In this document: piece by piece, positions 41,984 to 52,846 of the stretch
Numbering within the stretch: position 1 is the first letter of the stretch
Layout: the number at the start of each line of letters is the position of its first letter
Assembly (NCBI GenBank): GCA_963810095.1
Contig: CAWEMM010000006.1
Coordinates: 1,056,001-1,120,000, forward strand
DNA length: 64,000 bases
From: an uncultured Chloroflexia bacterium
GTDB taxonomy: Bacteria > Chloroflexota > Anaerolineae > CG2-30-64-16
Direction: 5' to 3'
Notes under the pieces: generated by a model
Database searches by the model: none
Seen by the model: only the letters and a program-made list of their open reading frames with translations
What the model was told of the DNA's origin: nothing
Program-made: the position numbers and the translations under genes

Positions 41984-44900
41984 TTAGCGCCGCTCGATTA
42001 GCGGCAGAAACAGTCGCTGCGGACTGATCGCGCGGACGCCGAAGGATATCTCGGCCGCTGCGCCATCCGCAGGCACCTCGACCGTCAATTTCCGGACCGT
42101 GGTGGGCTGCAGGTTTGGCAGCTCGACGAGAGCGACCGTGTAGTGACCGGGATTGAGCCCGCGGAACTGGAACACGCCGCCGTTCTCTGTGATGACCGCG
42201 TCCAGCGGGTCGGCCGGCGCCGCGCCCGCACCGCTGGACACCAAGGTCAGCGGCACCCCTGCAACCCCCGGCTCGCCGCTGTCGATCACCCCATTACCGT
42301 TCTTGTCCAGCCACACGCGCCCGCTCACCCGGCCGGTTGGGGTCGCGGTGGCCGTCGGCGTGCGCGTTGCGGTGGGTGTCTGCGTTGCAGTCGGCGTTTG
42401 CGTCGGTGTTCGCGTCGCCGTGGGCGTCCACGTCATCGTGGGGGTCGAGGTGGGCGTGTCCGTGGACGTCGCCGTGGGCGTCGACGTCGCTGTCGGTGTT
42501 GGCGTAGGCGTCGTGCTTGGCGTCAACGTTGGCGTTTGAGTCGGTGTGGACGTGGGCGTCCACGTCACCGTGGGCGTCGCAGTTGGCGTGGGCGTCCACG
42601 TCGCCGTTGACGTCGCGCTCGGCGTCCACGTCGGGGTACGGGTCGGAGTGGCCGTGGGGGTGGGGCTGGGCGTGGCCGTCCATGTTGCCGTCGGCGACGG
42701 CGTGGTCGTGCGCGTGGCCGTCGCGGTCGCCGTGGCAGTTCGTGTTGCCGTCGGCGACGGCGTCACGGTAGCAACGGACAGAGCCTGGCCCAGTACAAGT
42801 TTCCCGAAGTCGGCCGGCGAGCTGTTCGTGCTGGCGCCTTCCCAAACCAGGTGATTATCGTTGGCGCTGTCTCGTTTGCCGCCATCGTCATCGTCGTTCA
42901 GGCCCACCGTGAACCCAAGCTGCTTGCCTTCTGCGAATGAGCCGGCGCCGAGATACGAGAGCGGCACGGCGAGTTCGACGTCATACCCTCCTGTCCGCTG
43001 CTTGACCGCGACTTTGAACGTTGCCGCAACATCCGCCGGTAGCAGCGTGCCCAGGTCGGCGATCCGCCCGTCCGCGCTGACCGTGAACTGGTGGTCGTCT
43101 GGACCGTAGGCCACCTGGTCGTCGGCCCCGTCGATACCAAACTCCACGCCGTCGTCGTCCCAGATGGAGCTGCTGTCCGAATAGAGCTTGTCGTCGGTCA
43201 CTGCGGCCGACAGGTACAGGTAGCTCGCGTCCCAGAAGCTGCGCATTTCCGCCGAGATATCGCTTGGGCTCGGGTTGGCCTGGAAGGTGATCGTGTCCGC
43301 GGTTCCGGTTTTCAGGATGATCGACTCAGGCTGCGTCCATTCAGTCAGGCTGCCGTCGATGGCCGGAGGCGCACTTGCATAGCGGCTCAGAAGCGAGCGC
43401 ACGGCGAGCGTCGGGGTGGGCGATGGTGTCGCGGTTCGAGTGGCAGTCGCCGTCGAGGTCGCGGTCCCCGTCGGGGTCGCAGTCCTCGTGGGTGTGGCCG
43501 TAGCTGCGCTGGTGCGGGTGGCGGTGGGCGTGCTTGTGGCCGTGCCGGGCTTTGGCGTCGGCGTGTTGGTCGGCCGCGGCGTTGGCGTCAACGTCGCCGG
43601 GGGCTTTGTGGCCAGGTAGTACTGGATCTCGAGCCAGGGTCGCAGGCTGACCGTCGCGTATTCGCTCGTCCGCCAGTAATATTGGGAATTGCGGTCCGCC
43701 GTGCTCTTGAGCAGCATGCCAAGATTGGTCGAAGGCGTCTCGGCCCACAGCTGCACCAGGGGCGTGATGTTGAGCTCCGTCCAGCCCTCCATCCGCTTCA
43801 GACTGACGCTGCCCGAGGCCGCCGCTTCGCGATCGCTCGCACCCATCGCGCCCGGTTTCTCCCAGTTCACCGACGTCGTGGCCTTCTTCCAGGTCGTCGT
43901 ATTCTCGTCCCACGCGCGCAGAAGCCGGTGGGCCGTCAGGGTCATATCGATCGCATACGCGGGATTAGAGCCGTATTGGTAAAGGCCCAAGGTCGCAGTC
44001 ACCACACGAGCGCCGGCGGGCAGTGCGCCGAGGTCCCACTTCAGCACCGGGAACATCTGGTCCGGGTGCGCGCTATACATCTTCTCCGCCTGCCCCTGTG
44101 CCGTGTCGGGGTTCCACGAATCGAGGTACGCATCGACCAGCCCCGCATATCCCCCCACCCCCGGCTGCAAGCGCAGCGTCTCGGGCTTCCCCGGCGTCGC
44201 CACGACGTCCACCATGTGGATCGTTTCGTCCCCGTCGTTCAGGGACGAAATTCGGAAGTCGCTCCCAACCCGGCTGCCGCCGCCCGGCATCCCGCCGGCA
44301 AACTCGGCGTCGTTGAGCGTAAAGACCGCCTTCTGCCAGGCGCCCGTGTTCTTCTTGGTGATCGTTCCGGCAAGTTTGTCGTTTGCACTCGTCGCGTCGT
44401 AGCGGAGCTCCCACTTGTCCGTGCCTTTGTCCAGGTAGGTCACCGTGATCGTCGCGTTGTACAGGCCCCCGTATGCGTACTGGTCGTCGATGTCGAAGTA
44501 CATATTCGGATTGCCGCTGACCTGGTCCGTTCGGCGCGTGATAACGGCCCTCGGGGGTCGAATTGATCTTGAACAGGGGCACTGTCTTGCCGCCGGGCAC
44601 CGCGTCATTTTGAAACAGGTAGAACTCGTAGTTCCCGTAGTCGGGGTACCAGTCGAATTCGGTCTCACGCAGTGCAACCCAGGCGCTGGGAATGTCTGGC
44701 GCCTGCTTGCCCAGGTACTTAACTGCGAACTGTAGCAGGTCCTGCCTGTCGGATGCCGTAGTGACGCCCGTATCGAGCGCGAGAAAGTCGGAATGCTTGT
44801 CGAGCGAGTTGTAGATCGACCACATGGAGTTCGTCCGATTCTCCATGCAGTTTGTGCACACCGCGCCCTCGAATGCGACGGTCACCCGGTCGCCCCAGGT

Positions 44901-45740
44901 CGTCAGGGGATCGTATTGTCCCGACAGATAATCGACGGAGGCGGGATCGGTGATGTACATGTCGCTGCCGCCATCGGGCTTAAGTCCGTTGTGCTTCAGG
45001 CCCACACCCTTGCTCGCCGCATAGTCGCTGAACTTCTTGCGTTCCGAGCGGTTGAGGAACCGGGGGGCGAACTGCAGGACAAGCTCCTTGTCGGGGAATG
45101 CCTGGCGATAAGTGTCGGTCGACCAGTTCACCGTGGAAACCCACATGTCGGTGCCCAGGCCCGCACTCTGCAGGCACGAATCGTACTCGTCCTCCGCCGG
45201 GGCAGTCTCGCCGTAGATGCCAGAAGAAATCTCGATCCACGCAACGCGTGAGTCTTTGTTGTATCGGGCGCCGAATGCACTGATCAGCTTGCCAAAGGGC
45301 GTCTTGAACGACGAGTCCCAGTAGCGGGGAATTTCCACCGCTCCGCACTTCACGATAATGTTGGGAGTAGAGGTCTTGTAGAAGTCGGGAATTGTGAGTC
45401 CGCCGCAACACTGGCCGTCGTAAGCGTTAATTCGCAGCACTGCGCGCTTGCCCTGCGCCGCCATGTCGGCCACGAATTGATCGACGCCGCCCCAATTGTA
45501 CTTACCCTGGCTGGTCTCGATCGATTTCCACGTAAAGGTCATTTCCCCGCCAATGATCGGGTACTTTGTCGGATCGAGATGGCTCCAGTCATAGAAAACG
45601 TAGATGCCGGGAGGGCCCGCATCGGGCTTGTTGATAGTGTCAGGTCCCGACGCCGCGACAACACCCTGCGTCGCGGCGGTGAGGGGGAGGATAGTCAGGA
45701 CCAACACCAGCAGCGCGAGGTTCCTGGTGCGAGTTGCCAT
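41984..45740 (-). CDS. Secreted multi-domain protein: clan GH-A-like barrel, beta-sandwich, DNRLRE/CBM96-like, CBM9-like, Thr/Pro linkers, SdrD-B-like (frameshift near 44545)
   Basis: Signal peptide; [30 protein letters not shown]; [10 protein letters not shown]; [10 protein letters not shown]; [16 protein letters not shown]; ends LFLPLIERR. Confidence 0.75.
42335..42775 (-). repeat. Low-complexity Thr/Pro linker coding repeat
   Basis: About 145 aa of TPTAT/TWTPT units; a second tract at about 43405-43600. Confidence 0.85.
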
Positions 45741-45924
45741 TGTGCTCCTTTGATAGAACGAGGAAGCCCCGTTCGGTGGTGCGTGGGCCAAGAAATAAAC
45801 AGCGAGCCGTTGGACTGGGCCACCGGCTCGCAAAGGGGATGTTGTGCTCGGGGGCCCTTACCTTTAGAGAAACGTGGGCCGCGTCACAAAGTTACGGGGT
45901 GGACAACGAACCGCTGTTAGAGCG

Positions 45925-46662
45925 TCAGCCGGCGTGATCCTCGCTCAGGACGATGGGCACCGTAACCGCCAGGATCCTGAGGTCGAGCCAGAATGAGCTC
46001 CGGTTGATGTAGTCGATGTCGTACGACACGATCTCGTCGAACGTCAGGCCGCTGCGGCCATGGATCTGCGCCCAGCCCGTGAGCCCGGGCAGCACGGCGA
46101 GCCGCTGCTTGTGCCGTTCCGTATAGAGGTCGGTCTCGAAGTCCAGCGTCGGGCGGGGGCCCACCAGGCTCATGTCGCCCTTCAGGACGTTAATCAGCTG
46201 CGGCAGTTCGTCCAGGCTCGTGCGGCGCAGCCAGCGCCCGACGCGCGTAATCTTGTGCCCATTCGCTGCCGGCTTGTACATGACCCGCCCGTCGCCGTCG
46301 CAGCTCGCCGCCACCGACTGGCCGTTGATGTATGCCAGCGCAAACCGGCGGTGCTCCTCCGCATGTGCGGGGGAATGCGTCATCGAGCGGAATTTGTAGA
46401 AATCGAACGGCCGCGCACTGCGCCCGCTCCGGCGCTGGACGTGAAACACCGGGCCCGGCGAATCCAGCTTAACCGCAACTGCGATGGCTGCAAGCAAGGG
46501 CGACAAAAGCAGCAAGAAGAACGCCGAAACAATGATATCCAGGCAGCGCTTGGCCAGCGGATACAGCGCAAACGGCGCGGCCGGAGCAACAGGGGTTGCC
46601 GGCTCGTATCGGGTTGCGCCGTTGGGTTGCCACCAGGAGACCTGAGTGCGTTGATTGAGCAT
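45925..46662 (-). CDS. Sugar transferase (priming polyprenyl-phosphate glycosylphosphotransferase, short form)
   Basis: KRCLDI, YKFRSM, SLDELPQL, MSLVGPRP, PGLTGWAQI. Confidence 0.93.
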   Translation of the reverse strand: MLNQRTQVSWWQPNGATRYEPATPVAPAAPFALYPLAKRCLDIIVSAFFLLLLSPLLAAIAVAVKLDSPGPVFHVQRRSGRSARPFDFYKFRSMTHSPAHAEEHRRFALAYINGQSVAASCDGDGRVMYKPAANGHKITRVGRWLRRTSLDELPQLINVLKGDMSLVGPRPTLDFETDLYTERHKQRLAVLPGLTGWAQIHGRSGLTFDEIVSYDIDYINRSSFWLDLRILAVTVPIVLSEDHAG

Positions 46663-46830
46663 GGAGTGGTCGCCTTTCCATTGCCATTCGTCCTGGCAAG
46701 CCGCTGAGGGTTCGCCAGCCTGGCAAGGCTGTCCGCCTTCTAACTCAGTGTGACTCCATGCTATCATCGTCGGGTGAAAGAAGCCTGACAGATTAGCCCT
46801 CGGAAGATGAAAAAAAGTAAATAATACGGG

Positions 46831-48483
46831 CTATTCGGCGGCCGCACTCGGCGGCATCGTGTAGGAAATGACCAACTGCGGGCGCTGGTCCGCAGGTCCT
46901 TCGCGGCTGGTGAACCGGGCCTCCACGCTGGCGCCGCTGTCGCCGGCCAGCCCGCCAATGAGCATGCCATAGTTGCTCGTCGGGACGGCCGCCCAGCCCC
47001 GCACGAGGGAAGTCACGTCGAACTCATACCAGCGTGCGCCCTCGGCAATCAACTGCGGCTCGCCCAGCCAGGCCGAGCGATCGGCGCCCGGCGCCCCCGC
47101 GCCCGGGCTCGTCCACGGCTTGCCCGGGCTCGCCACTTCCCAGGTCGCGCCTGCTTCCGTCCACTCCGTCAGCAGCCCCGCCACCTGCGCCCGGATATCG
47201 TGCTGCGGGGTCGAGGGGACATACACCCGCAGCAGCGCCTTGTCCACCGATGCACTGCGCGGCAGCAGGTTCAGGTCGAAACGCAGGACGGGCTGCATCT
47301 GGCTCGCGATCTGCGCGTTGCGGGCATAGAACAGGCGCAGGTACTTGTCGCTCCCATGCGGGCTCGCCGGCTCCCAGCTGTTCAGCGTCGTATCCCTGGT
47401 CCCCTCATAGCCGTAAAGGCCGTCCTGCAGCACAAAAGTCACCGGGCGGGGGGTGGGCCCGGCGCTGGAGCGCAGGATCATGGGCACAAACGCCCGCTCC
47501 CTTGCCCCGGTGGGCGAGGGGGTGAACGTCGGTGCGAGAGTGCCGGTCGGCGTGTTCGTGGGCGTGGGCGAAGGCGTAAAGGTCGGCGTCCCGGTCGCCT
47601 GGATTTCGCCGGGGCAGTCCACCCGGAAGGTGTACGCGCCGCTTGCACCCCGATACCCGTCGACTGAGAGGAAATAGGGACCTGCATCTGCCGCGTAAGA
47701 CAGGTGGTTGTCCTCGCCTGCCACACACGAATCCGGCAGCGCATAGCGCAGGAGAAACAGGTCAAGGTCGGCAGTGGCATTGAGGAGCGTGACGCTGACA
47801 TTCTGCCGAACGCTCAGCTCGAGCCGGTACACTTTTTCGTTGCCACTTTCATTCCAAAATGGCCGGCAGCTGTAAGTACTCACGCTGTTCTTGCCGGTCT
47901 GCGTGTCGCCTGAGTAGACCCCACCGCAGGCAAGCTGCTCCGCACCGTCGATATCAAGTATGGGCGGCGATGTGGGCGAAGGGGTTGGCGTGGGAGGCAT
48001 GCGCGCGCCGAAGTTGAAAGACACCGTGCTCCCCGCCAGGACCACGACATTATAAGCGCTCTGAGTCGTAAGCTGGTAACCGGACGGGGGCGTAGCAGCT
48101 ACCACGTAGATCCCGGGGGCGATTCCATTGACCCGGTACTTGCCATCCGCACCGGTGGTGGCAGAGTAGCTTGCACCCGTATCGCTGTTGGTGGCCGCCA
48201 CGAGCAGCCCAGCCAGTGGTCCCTCGCCTGCATCCACCAGCCCATCGCCATCAGAATCGAGCCAGGATTGGCCGGCAACCGAACCCGTGCCGGGCAGCGG
48301 CGTCGGCGTGGGCGTGGCCGGGTCTTGCGCCAGGGGGCGGGCAGCGACCGGATCAGGGCGGAGGCCCAGGCTCAGGAGGAGCAGCGCGGACGCCAGCAAG
48401 GCGAGAGCCACCAAGAGCAGGCCGCGGCGGGGCCCCGCCGGGCCGCGAGAGCGATTAGAATCTGGACCTAGAGAAGCAGGCAT
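46831..48483 (-). CDS. Secreted protein: SdrD-B-like, PPC-like and DNRLRE/CBM96-like domains
   Basis: Signal/TM segment; GQSWLDSDGDG..GE; DLDLFLL..SVDGY; LQDGLYGYEGTRDTTL..WYEFDVTSLVRGW..NYG; internal AFVPMILR. Confidence 0.72.
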   Translation of the reverse strand: MPASLGPDSNRSRGPAGPRRGLLLVALALLASALLLLSLGLRPDPVAARPLAQDPATPTPTPLPGTGSVAGQSWLDSDGDGLVDAGEGPLAGLLVAATNSDTGASYSATTGADGKYRVNGIAPGIYVVAATPPSGYQLTTQSAYNVVVLAGSTVSFNFGARMPPTPTPSPTSPPILDIDGAEQLACGGVYSGDTQTGKNSVSTYSCRPFWNESGNEKVYRLELSVRQNVSVTLLNATADLDLFLLRYALPDSCVAGEDNHLSYAADAGPYFLSVDGYRGASGAYTFRVDCPGEIQATGTPTFTPSPTPTNTPTGTLAPTFTPSPTGARERAFVPMILRSSAGPTPRPVTFVLQDGLYGYEGTRDTTLNSWEPASPHGSDKYLRLFYARNAQIASQMQPVLRFDLNLLPRSASVDKALLRVYVPSTPQHDIRAQVAGLLTEWTEAGATWEVASPGKPWTSPGAGAPGADRSAWLGEPQLIAEGARWYEFDVTSLVRGWAAVPTSNYGMLIGGLAGDSGASVEARFTSREGPADQRPQLVISYTMPPSAAAE

Positions 48484-48677
48484 GCGCCTTCTCCACCGGA
48501 AGAAAAAGCCGTTCGTTGTAACGGGGGCTTGCCCCACGAACCGGCGCACGCCAGGCGTGGCCGGTTTGAATCGGAATCGCGGCCGTCGTAAATGCAGGCT
48601 GCGCGCCCGCCAATCTATGGTTGGCGGGCGCGCATCTGGCCGTTTTCACACCCGGAAGGGCGGCTCGTCGTAACGAG

Positions 48678-51659
48678 CTACCGGGTGATCATGGGTAGAT
48701 AGGTCTTGTTGTTGCCCGGTGGCGCAGCCGTGACGGACGGGGTCACGGTTGGCGTCACGGTCGCCGTCTGGGTGTGCGCAAAGTTGGTGCCCAGCGACAT
48801 CGTCGTATTCGCTTGCACGATGAAGGTGATCTGGTACCCGCTCTTCGTGTAACCGGGCGGCGCAGTCTTCTCCTTGAGCGTGTACTGCCCAGGAGCAACT
48901 GCCGAGAACCGGTAGACGCCGTCCGCACCCGAGAAGGCGTTATACACCACCAGGTCCGTGTTGTAGTCCACCAGAACGATTTCCGCACCCGCGGCCCCGG
49001 GCTCGCCCACGTCCAGCTTGTTGTTACCGTTAAGGTCGTTGAAGGCCTTGCCCTCGACGATGCCGGTCGACGGCGTAGGCGACGGGGTGCTGGAGGGGGT
49101 CGGCGTGACCGTGGGCGTCGGCGTTTCGGTCCCAGGGTCGACGCCTTGATCCAGCCGCTCGACCTCCACCATGTGGACCCACTCGTTGCCGTCGTTTGCG
49201 CTGGTGGCCGGATCGCGGCTGTCCAGGAAGAAGTCGGTGCTGCCGGCCAGCCGGTTCGCAAACTTCGCGTCTTCGACCACGAAGGTGACCGTCTTCAGCA
49301 GCTTCGAACCGGTCTTCGTGACCGTGCCGGCTGTCTTTTCGCCTGAGACCGCATCGTACTTGACCGAGAACTTGTCGGTGCCAAAGTCAAAGTACTTGAC
49401 GGTGATGGCGGCCTTGAAGAACTTGGCGGCGTCGCCCTTCATGTAATCGTCGTCAATCTTGAAGAACATGAACGGGTTGGTGGTTGCCTGGTCGGTGCGG
49501 CGCACCACAAAGCCTTCCTTACCGTCGCCGGTCCAGTCCCTGATGTTGTACATCGTGCTGTCCTGGCCGACGATGGGCGGCAAGTCCTTGTTGTACGGCT
49601 CGGGATAGCAGGGGTAGGTGTCGCCGTACATGTCGGTGCGGAAGTAAGTGTTGCCTGCCGGGCAGTTGCCGAGGCCCGCCTCGGTCGCCTTCACGCCCGC
49701 ATTCGCCGGATCGGTGGCATAGCGCCGGTCGGCGCCCTTGTTGTTCGTCTCAGGGATCGTGCGACCGCCAGGTACGCTGTCCACCTGGCTCAGGAAGAAG
49801 TTGAAGTTGCCGAGCTGGGGCCACAAATCCTTGGTCCCGGCCCCCGAGTACATGTAGCCGCTGCCGCGGCAGTTCCGCAGCGTCGGGTTCATGTGCTCGC
49901 GCATCACCGTCCAAACCTTCGGCGTGGTCTGCACCGACTTGCCGACGTAATCGCGCGCCCACTGGAGCAAGGGCGCGGTGGCCGGCTTGAGCGTGCCGCC
50001 CCAGTCTGCGATCAGGGTGGGATCGGTCCGCAGGTAGTCCACGTGCTTCTCGAGCCCGCCGTAGAGCGCCCAGTAGAGCATCAGCGGGTTGCAGAGGTCC
50101 ATGCTGTAGGCCTCGAACGCGATGGGCACCGTGGTCCAGTAGCGGCGGATGGGATCGTAGAAGCCTGAAAGGTTGCCCTTGTACGCGGCGGGGGCCCAAT
50201 CGACGGGCAGGAAGTTGGCCGACAGGCCAACCATCATGCTTTGGGCGTAATCCGTGCTGGTCGTGCGCTCGGTCTCGCTCTTGTACGTGGGCGCATACTG
50301 CAGCAGGATGTTGCGGGCAGGCTTACCGCTGCCATCGCCGAAGGCCGTGGCGTGATCGAGCGTGATCTGCTTGACGTAGTCCATCCAGTCGGTGCCGGTC
50401 AAGCCGCCATACTTCTCCACCACATGGTCGAAGTGGTTGTTGGGGTAGAAGTCGCTCTGGGTCGGCTGGTTCTCGCCATACACGCCGGTGCCCATCGCAA
50501 CAAATTGGAAGTCAGGGTTATTCTTGTACTTCGCGCCCAGGGCCATGATGAACTTCTTGTAGGCCTTGTAGAACGTGCGCTGCGCGTCGGTGTCGGGCCA
50601 GTAGTTCGGGATCAGGTGGCGCGCGTTGAGGCTGACGTTGTCCACGTAGAAGGTCGTCGGCTCTGCGCCGTCGTTGGCCACCCGGAACTGCACGATCACC
50701 GATTTCTCGGGGGCGACCGTGCTCACGTCGAACTCGTAGTCCGCCCACGTGCCGCTCGTCTGGCTAAGGTTCGTAATGTCGATGGGCGTCACGCCGAGCA
50801 GCTTCGAGTGGGCGCTGTCCCACAGCTCGATATAGAGGTGGTCGTTCGGGTTCGGGTCGGTCGTGACCATGCCAATGCGAGCGGTCACGTAGACCGTCTT
50901 GGCCGGGGAGATGCCTGCGGGCATCGCCGGGATGCGCTCGGCGCTGTGATAGATATAGCCGGCCGAGTTGTTGTTACCGCCAAGCTGCGCCGCATAGCCG
51001 CCCGCCGAGGTGTCGGCCGGCGCAGGCGGGAACCCTACCAGGCTGGCATCGCCCGAGAGCGTCCACTGCCCGTTGTAGGTCGGGGAATCGAAGTTGCCGT
51101 TCGCGGCCGCGCGCTTCCAGTAGTTGTTGTAGTGCGGCTGGTTGGCATCGTTCGTATCGCTGGCCGAGGTCTTGTAGGTCGCCGGCAGAACCGCATTCGC
51201 CTGCTTGATCACGAAGTCGGGCGTCGACTTGATGTCGCCGTTGTCCGAGCCATCATAGGTGGAGATCATGATGCCGGTGCCAAGGCCCCTGGTCTTGCGG
51301 TCGGCGATCCAGTTGTCGATCGCCGCCCAGTTGTAGACGCCGTCGGCCGGGTTGAGCAAGCTCCAGCTGATGAAGCGGATTGCGCCGCTGACCGGATAGG
51401 TGCTGGACGGCCACTTCGTATCGCCGTAGTCGATGTAATAGATGCCGGGCTTTGCGCCGTCAGGTTGGACCACCTTGACGGGTTGCGGTGCGATGTCGGG
51501 CGACACGGCGCCGTTGGCCTGAGGAGTGGCAGCCTCGCGCACCCCTTGCGCGTTCACACCCGCGGCGACAGTAGAGAAAACCATCGCCAGCAGTAGAAGA
51601 ACGGCAAGCCAACGGCTAAGGCTCGGTCGACTGCGAGAAGGGAGAGAAGGTCTAAACAC
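48678..51659 (-). CDS. Secreted clan GH-A-like protein with inserted CBM-like domain and SdrD-B-like domain
   Basis: GTG start with AGGAG RBS; ISWSLLNPADGVYNW, PNYW, GVYGE, IAFEA; GKAFNDLNGN..GEPG; ends TYLPMITR. Confidence 0.75.
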   Translation of the reverse strand: MFRPSLPSRSRPSLSRWLAVLLLLAMVFSTVAAGVNAQGVREAATPQANGAVSPDIAPQPVKVVQPDGAKPGIYYIDYGDTKWPSSTYPVSGAIRFISWSLLNPADGVYNWAAIDNWIADRKTRGLGTGIMISTYDGSDNGDIKSTPDFVIKQANAVLPATYKTSASDTNDANQPHYNNYWKRAAANGNFDSPTYNGQWTLSGDASLVGFPPAPADTSAGGYAAQLGGNNNSAGYIYHSAERIPAMPAGISPAKTVYVTARIGMVTTDPNPNDHLYIELWDSAHSKLLGVTPIDITNLSQTSGTWADYEFDVSTVAPEKSVIVQFRVANDGAEPTTFYVDNVSLNARHLIPNYWPDTDAQRTFYKAYKKFIMALGAKYKNNPDFQFVAMGTGVYGENQPTQSDFYPNNHFDHVVEKYGGLTGTDWMDYVKQITLDHATAFGDGSGKPARNILLQYAPTYKSETERTTSTDYAQSMMVGLSANFLPVDWAPAAYKGNLSGFYDPIRRYWTTVPIAFEAYSMDLCNPLMLYWALYGGLEKHVDYLRTDPTLIADWGGTLKPATAPLLQWARDYVGKSVQTTPKVWTVMREHMNPTLRNCRGSGYMYSGAGTKDLWPQLGNFNFFLSQVDSVPGGRTIPETNNKGADRRYATDPANAGVKATEAGLGNCPAGNTYFRTDMYGDTYPCYPEPYNKDLPPIVGQDSTMYNIRDWTGDGKEGFVVRRTDQATTNPFMFFKIDDDYMKGDAAKFFKAAITVKYFDFGTDKFSVKYDAVSGEKTAGTVTKTGSKLLKTVTFVVEDAKFANRLAGSTDFFLDSRDPATSANDGNEWVHMVEVERLDQGVDPGTETPTPTVTPTPSSTPSPTPSTGIVEGKAFNDLNGNNKLDVGEPGAAGAEIVLVDYNTDLVVYNAFSGADGVYRFSAVAPGQYTLKEKTAPPGYTKSGYQITFIVQANTTMSLGTNFAHTQTATVTPTVTPSVTAAPPGNNKTYLPMITR

Positions 51660-51833
51660 TTCGACAGCTCCTGTTCTACATAGGTAAAGATGTCGGGCGC
51701 CGGCGCACAGATAGCGGGCGTGGTGCGCGGGGCGACCGTTAGGTAGGTTCACCCAGGGGCACTCCATTGTACCCAGGGCTTGCTGAAAATTGGATGAAAA
51801 CCGCGTGAGAGATTGTGACTATTTTGACAGAAC

Positions 51834-52835
51834 TCAGCCGATCCCATTCACCTTCAAGATGCTGTGCGTCTGGCCCGACAGCACCATCTTCTCGGCCAGG
51901 TACACAGCACGCATGCCTTCTTCGCCGCTGATCAGCGAATCATGGCCGTTCTGGGTCGCGGCCACGAAGTCCTCCAGTTCTTCGACCAACGGTTCCCGCT
52001 TGCGGATCTCGTACCTCGTGATGCGCCCTTCGCTGACGCCCATGAGGGCCACCATGCCCTCCCAACCATTGGCATAGTTGTTCTCATAAAAATAGAGTTC
52101 CTGGGTCAGGTAGTTGACGTGGAACATCCCCCGCTCGCCGATCATGCTCAGCTCGCGGATCTTGGTGGGCGTCAGCCAGTTGATGTCGAGCACGCCCACC
52201 GTGCCGTTGGCGAACTTCAGCAGCCCGGAGAGCAGATCCTCGTGCTGTTGGTGGATTTCCTGCTCGGTTTCCGCGTACAAGTTCTCGATCGGCGCGCCGA
52301 TCAGATACTCCATGATGTTCAGTTCATGGGTTGCGAGATCGAATACCACTCCCACATCTGTGATCCGGCTGGGGAACGGCCCGGCCCGGCGCGAGCGGAT
52401 TTGGAAGACGCGACCCAGTTCGCCGGCCGCCAGGCGTCGCTTGAGTTCGAGGATCGCCGGGTTAAAGCGTTCGATGTGGCCGACTCCCAACCGAACGCCG
52501 GCCTGGCGTGCGGCGTCGATCATGGCCCGGCACTCGGGGATCGTGAAGGCGAGCGGCTTTTCGACAAATACGTGCACGCCGTGACGAATGGCTTCGAGCG
52601 CGGCCTCTGCATGTAAACGTGTGGGGACGGCTACAGATACGATATCCAGCCGTTCGCGTTCCAGCATCTCGCACAAATCGGTATACGCGTTGGCCTTATA
52701 GGTCCGGGCGATGTTATGGCTGGCCTCGCCGTCACAGTCTGCGACGGCAGCCAGGTTCGTCTCTGCCATTTGCGCGAAGACCCGTGCATGGTTGCGGCCC
52801 ATGGAGCCGACGCCGATTACGCCGACATTGAGCAT
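51834..52835 (-). CDS. Gfo/Idh/MocA oxidoreductase, WbpB/WlbA-like nucleotide-sugar dehydrogenase
   Basis: GVGSMGRNH, VEKP, GHIERFNP, DVGVVFDLATHE. Confidence 0.85.
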   Translation of the reverse strand: MLNVGVIGVGSMGRNHARVFAQMAETNLAAVADCDGEASHNIARTYKANAYTDLCEMLERERLDIVSVAVPTRLHAEAALEAIRHGVHVFVEKPLAFTIPECRAMIDAARQAGVRLGVGHIERFNPAILELKRRLAAGELGRVFQIRSRRAGPFPSRITDVGVVFDLATHELNIMEYLIGAPIENLYAETEQEIHQQHEDLLSGLLKFANGTVGVLDINWLTPTKIRELSMIGERGMFHVNYLTQELYFYENNYANGWEGMVALMGVSEGRITRYEIRKREPLVEELEDFVAATQNGHDSLISGEEGMRAVYLAEKMVLSGQTHSILKVNGIG

Positions 52836-52846
52836 AGGTTCCTCCA

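Noticed and set aside
42335-43600. Tandem DNA repeats as a VNTR or diversity-generating element
   Set aside because: They encode Thr/Pro linkers with varied synonymous codons, and no reverse transcriptase is present
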